Assembly: GCF_009914755.1 (NCBI RefSeq)
Contig: NC_060943.1
Source: the human T2T-CHM13v2.0 reference genome, Homo sapiens
DNA: 64,000 nt
Reading direction: 5' to 3' (one strand)
The position numbers and the translations under genes are program-made. Each line of letters opens with the position of its first letter. Within the stretch, counting starts at the first letter, position 1. The notes beneath the pieces are model-generated. The model had not been told where the DNA came from. It saw only the letters and a list, made by a program, of their open reading frames with translations, and did not search any database. Shown piece after piece: positions 59,595 through 64,000 of the stretch.

Positions 59595-60880
59595 TGAGAG
59601 GTGACAGCGTGCTGGCAGCCCTCGCTCGCTCTTGGTGCCTCCTTAGCCTCGGCGTATGCTCTGGCCATGCTCGGGTAGCCCTTCAGCCTGCCACTGTGCT
59701 GTGGAGCCCCTGTCTGGGCTGGTTGAGGCCGGAGCCTGCTCCCTCAGCTTGCCGGGAGGTGTGGAGGGAGGAGGCGCGGGCGGGAACCTGGGCTGCGCGC
59801 GCTGCGCTTGCGGGCCAGCTAGAGTTCCGGATGGGCGTGGGCTGGGCGGGCCCCGCACTCTGAGCGGCCAGCCGGCCCCGCCAGCCCCGGGCAGTGAGGG
59901 GCTTACCACCCGGGCCAGCAGCTGCGGAGGGTGCGCTGGGTCCCCCAGCAGTGCTGGCCCACCGGCGCTGCGCTCGATTTCTCGCCGGGACTTAGCTGCC
60001 TCCCCGCGTGGCAGGGCTCGGGACCTGCAGGCCGCCATGCCTGAGCCTCCCCGCAACCCCCGCCCTGGGCTCCTGCGCGGCCGGAGCCTCCCCGACGAGC
60101 GTCGCCCCCTGCTCCACAGCGCCAGGTCCCATCAACTGCCCAAGAGCTGCGGAATGCGGGCGCAAGGCGCGAGACTGGCAGGCAGCTCCACCTGCGGCCC
60201 TGTGCGGGATCCACTGGGTGAAGCCAGCTGGGCTCCTGAGTCTAGTAGGGACTTGGAGAACCTTTATGTCTAGCTAAGGGATTGTAAATACACCAGTCAG
60301 CACTCTGTATCTAGCTCAAGGTTTGTAAACACACCAATCAGCACTGTGTGTCTAGCTCAGGAGTTTGTGGATGCACCAATCAGTGCTCTGTGTTTAGCTA
60401 ATCTAGTGGGGACTTGGAGAATTTTTGTGTCTAGCTCAGGGATTGTAAATGCACCAATCAGCACCCTGTCAAAATGGACCAATCAGCTCTCTGTAAAATG
60501 GACCAATCAGCAGGATGTGGGTGGGGCCAGATAAGGGAATAAAAGCAGGCTGCCCGAGCCCCCAGTGGTAACGTGTTGGGGTCTGCATCCACATGGTTGA
60601 GGCTTTGTTGTTTGGCTGTTTGCAATATATCTTGCTGCTGCTTGCTCTTTGGGTCCGCATTGCATTTATGAGCTGTAACAGTCAATACCAAGGTTTGCAG
60701 CTTCACTCCTAAGCCAAGGAGACCATGAAGCCACCAGAAGGAAGAGACTCCGAACACATCCAAACATCAGAAGAAACAAATTCCAGAGACGCTGCTTTTA
60801 AGAACTGTAACACTCACTGCAAGGGTCTGTGGGTTCATTCTTGAAGTCAGTGAGACTAAGAACCCACCATTTCCAGACAC
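59595..60880 (+). mobile_element. LTR12 (ERV9) solo LTR inserted into an Alu
   Basis: TGAGAGGTGACAGCGTGCTGGCAG start, CCAAT repeats, AGATAAGGGAATAAAAGCAGG, ...CCAGACAC end. TSD GCAC splits a minus-strand Alu (~59530-59594 / 60881-61120). Confidence 0.93.
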
Positions 60881-61503
60881 GCACAATCTCAGCTCACTGC
60901 AACCTCCGCCTCCTGGGTTCAAGCAATTTTTTTGCCTCAGCCTCCCGAGTACCTGGGACTATAGGGGCGCATCACCACACCCTGCTATTTTTTGTATTTT
61001 TAGTAGAGACGGAGTTTCACCATATTGGCCAGGTTGGTCTCAAAACTCCTGACCTCGTGATCTGCCTGCCTCAGCCTCCCAAAGTGCTAGGATTACAGGC
61101 GTGAGCCACTGCGCCTGGCCTGTTCACTGTTTTTGTGTAACAACTTACCACAAAATTACCAGCTTAAAAACCACATTTTTTTTCTTTTTTTTGGAGATGG
61201 AGTTGTGCTCTGTTGCCCAGGCTGGAGTGCAGTGTCACGATCTCGGCTCACTGCGGGCTCCGCCTCGTGGGGAAAGCCACATGTATTTATTATCTCAGTG
61301 TTCTTGTGAGTCAAGAGTCTGGGCATAGCTTAACTAGGCCCTCTGTTTAGGATCTCCAGAGGTAGCAATCAAGCTGTCAGCTGGCTTCATTCCCATCTGT
61401 AGACTTGATTATAGAAGTATCTACTTTCATGTTCATTCAGTTGGCTGAATCCATTTCTTTTTTTTCTTTCTTTTTTTTTTTTTTTTTATGAGACGGAGTT
61501 TAG

Positions 61504-61596
<93 letters not shown>

Positions 61597-61941
61597 TGAG
61601 TAGCTGGGATTATAGTCATGCACCACCATGCTTGGCTAATTTTGTATTTTTAGTAGAGACAGGGTTTCTCCGTGTTGAGGGTGGTCTCGAACTCCTGACG
61701 TCAGGTGATCCACCTGCCTCGGCCTCCAAAAGTGTTGGGATTACAAGCCTGAGCCACCGCGCCCCGCCTGAATCCATTTCTTTGCAGCTGTAGAGCTCAC
61801 AGTAGCTTCCTTTTTTCAGGCCACCAGCAAGAGTCTGTAAGTAAGCCTTCTTATTTATTTATTTATTTAGACAGAACCTCACCTCGCTTTGTCATTCAGG
61901 CTGTAGTGCAGTGGCGCAATCATACTTTACTACAGCCTTAA

Positions 61942-62539
<598 letters not shown>

Positions 62540-62762
62540 GATCAGTAGATACTGAGAAGGAGTTGGAACTGCAAAAGGTTTATTGGGGGGCATACCTCAC
62601 ACCTCTATTCACACCACATGAGCTAACATCCTGTTTGCTAAAGCTAGTCTCATGTGTTTTAGTCCCAAGTCAAGGAACAGGAAGAGGTTCTGTGTTAATT
62701 ATCCACTGCTTTGTAAGAAATTACCCCAAAACATAGCTGCTTAGGCCAGGCACGGTGGCTCA

Positions 62763-63029
<267 letters not shown>

Positions 63030-63567
63030 TCACGAGGTCAGGAGATTGAGACCATCCTGGCTAACATAGTGAAACCCCATCTCTACTAAAAATACAAAAA
63101 ATTAGCCGGGCGTGGTGACAGGCGCCTGTGGTCCCAGCTACTCAGAGGCTGAGGCAGGAGAATGGCGTGAACCCAGGAGGCGGAGCTTGCAGTGAGCCGA
63201 GATCACGCCACTGCACTCCAGCCTGGGCGACAGAGCGAGACTCCGTCTCAAAAACAAAAACAAAAACAAAAACAAAAAACAAAAACATAGCAGCTTACAA
63301 CAAGGGAAGACAACTTTTTCTGTAAAGGACCAGACAGTAAATATTTTAGGTTTGGGGACTATATGGTCTCTGTTGCAACTGTCAACCTTGTTGTAGCACA
63401 ACAGCAGCTATTGACTATACATAATACATGGGCAGAGCTGTATTTCAGTAAAACCTATGGACAGTTGAGTGTGGTGGCTCACACCTGTAATCCCAACACT
63501 TTTGGGGGCCAAGGTGGGAGGATCACTTAAACCCAGGAGTTCAAGACCAGCCTGAGCAACAAAGTGA

Positions 63568-63684
<117 letters not shown>

Positions 63685-63701
63685 TGAGACCATCCCGGCT
63701 A

Positions 63702-63950
<249 letters not shown>

Positions 63951-64000
63951 TCACATCACAAAATATAATTATTCCTTTATTTTCAATTATTAAAAGATGT

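Overview
Human (primate) genomic DNA, very Alu-rich, from a C2H2 zinc-finger gene cluster. The only long intact ORF (30358..31983, minus strand, 541 aa, 12 C2H2 fingers, no KRAB or SCAN domain) is one I recognise as ZNF329, which places the window at 19q13.43. There are four CpG-island promoters (~1.0, ~20.9, ~53.3 and ~57.6 kb), each with minus-strand splice donors. From recalled gene order, the first two are probably the two ZSCAN18 promoters and the last two belong to ZNF329. A decayed ZNF329 paralogue exon (10225..11763) lies between the first two promoters. It keeps an intact splice acceptor and has a ~180-bp patch of much higher identity to ZNF329, suggesting gene conversion. Other contents: an NDUFA12 retrocopy that appears to lack exon 2 precisely, a Tigger1 with a local inverted duplicate, a full-length SVA, MER41A and LTR12 solo LTRs, an MSTA provirus, nested Alu>MER2>MER44, an AluYb8 piece without a TSD, inverted Alus in the ZNF329 3'UTR, and an L1-like 39-bp minisatellite. 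There is no prokaryote-type system (CRISPR, operon), and most listed ORFs are Alu, LTR or GC-rich artefacts. Repeat subfamily names and gene names come from remembered consensus sequences, not from a search. Repeat boundaries are approximate unless a TSD or TIR is quoted.
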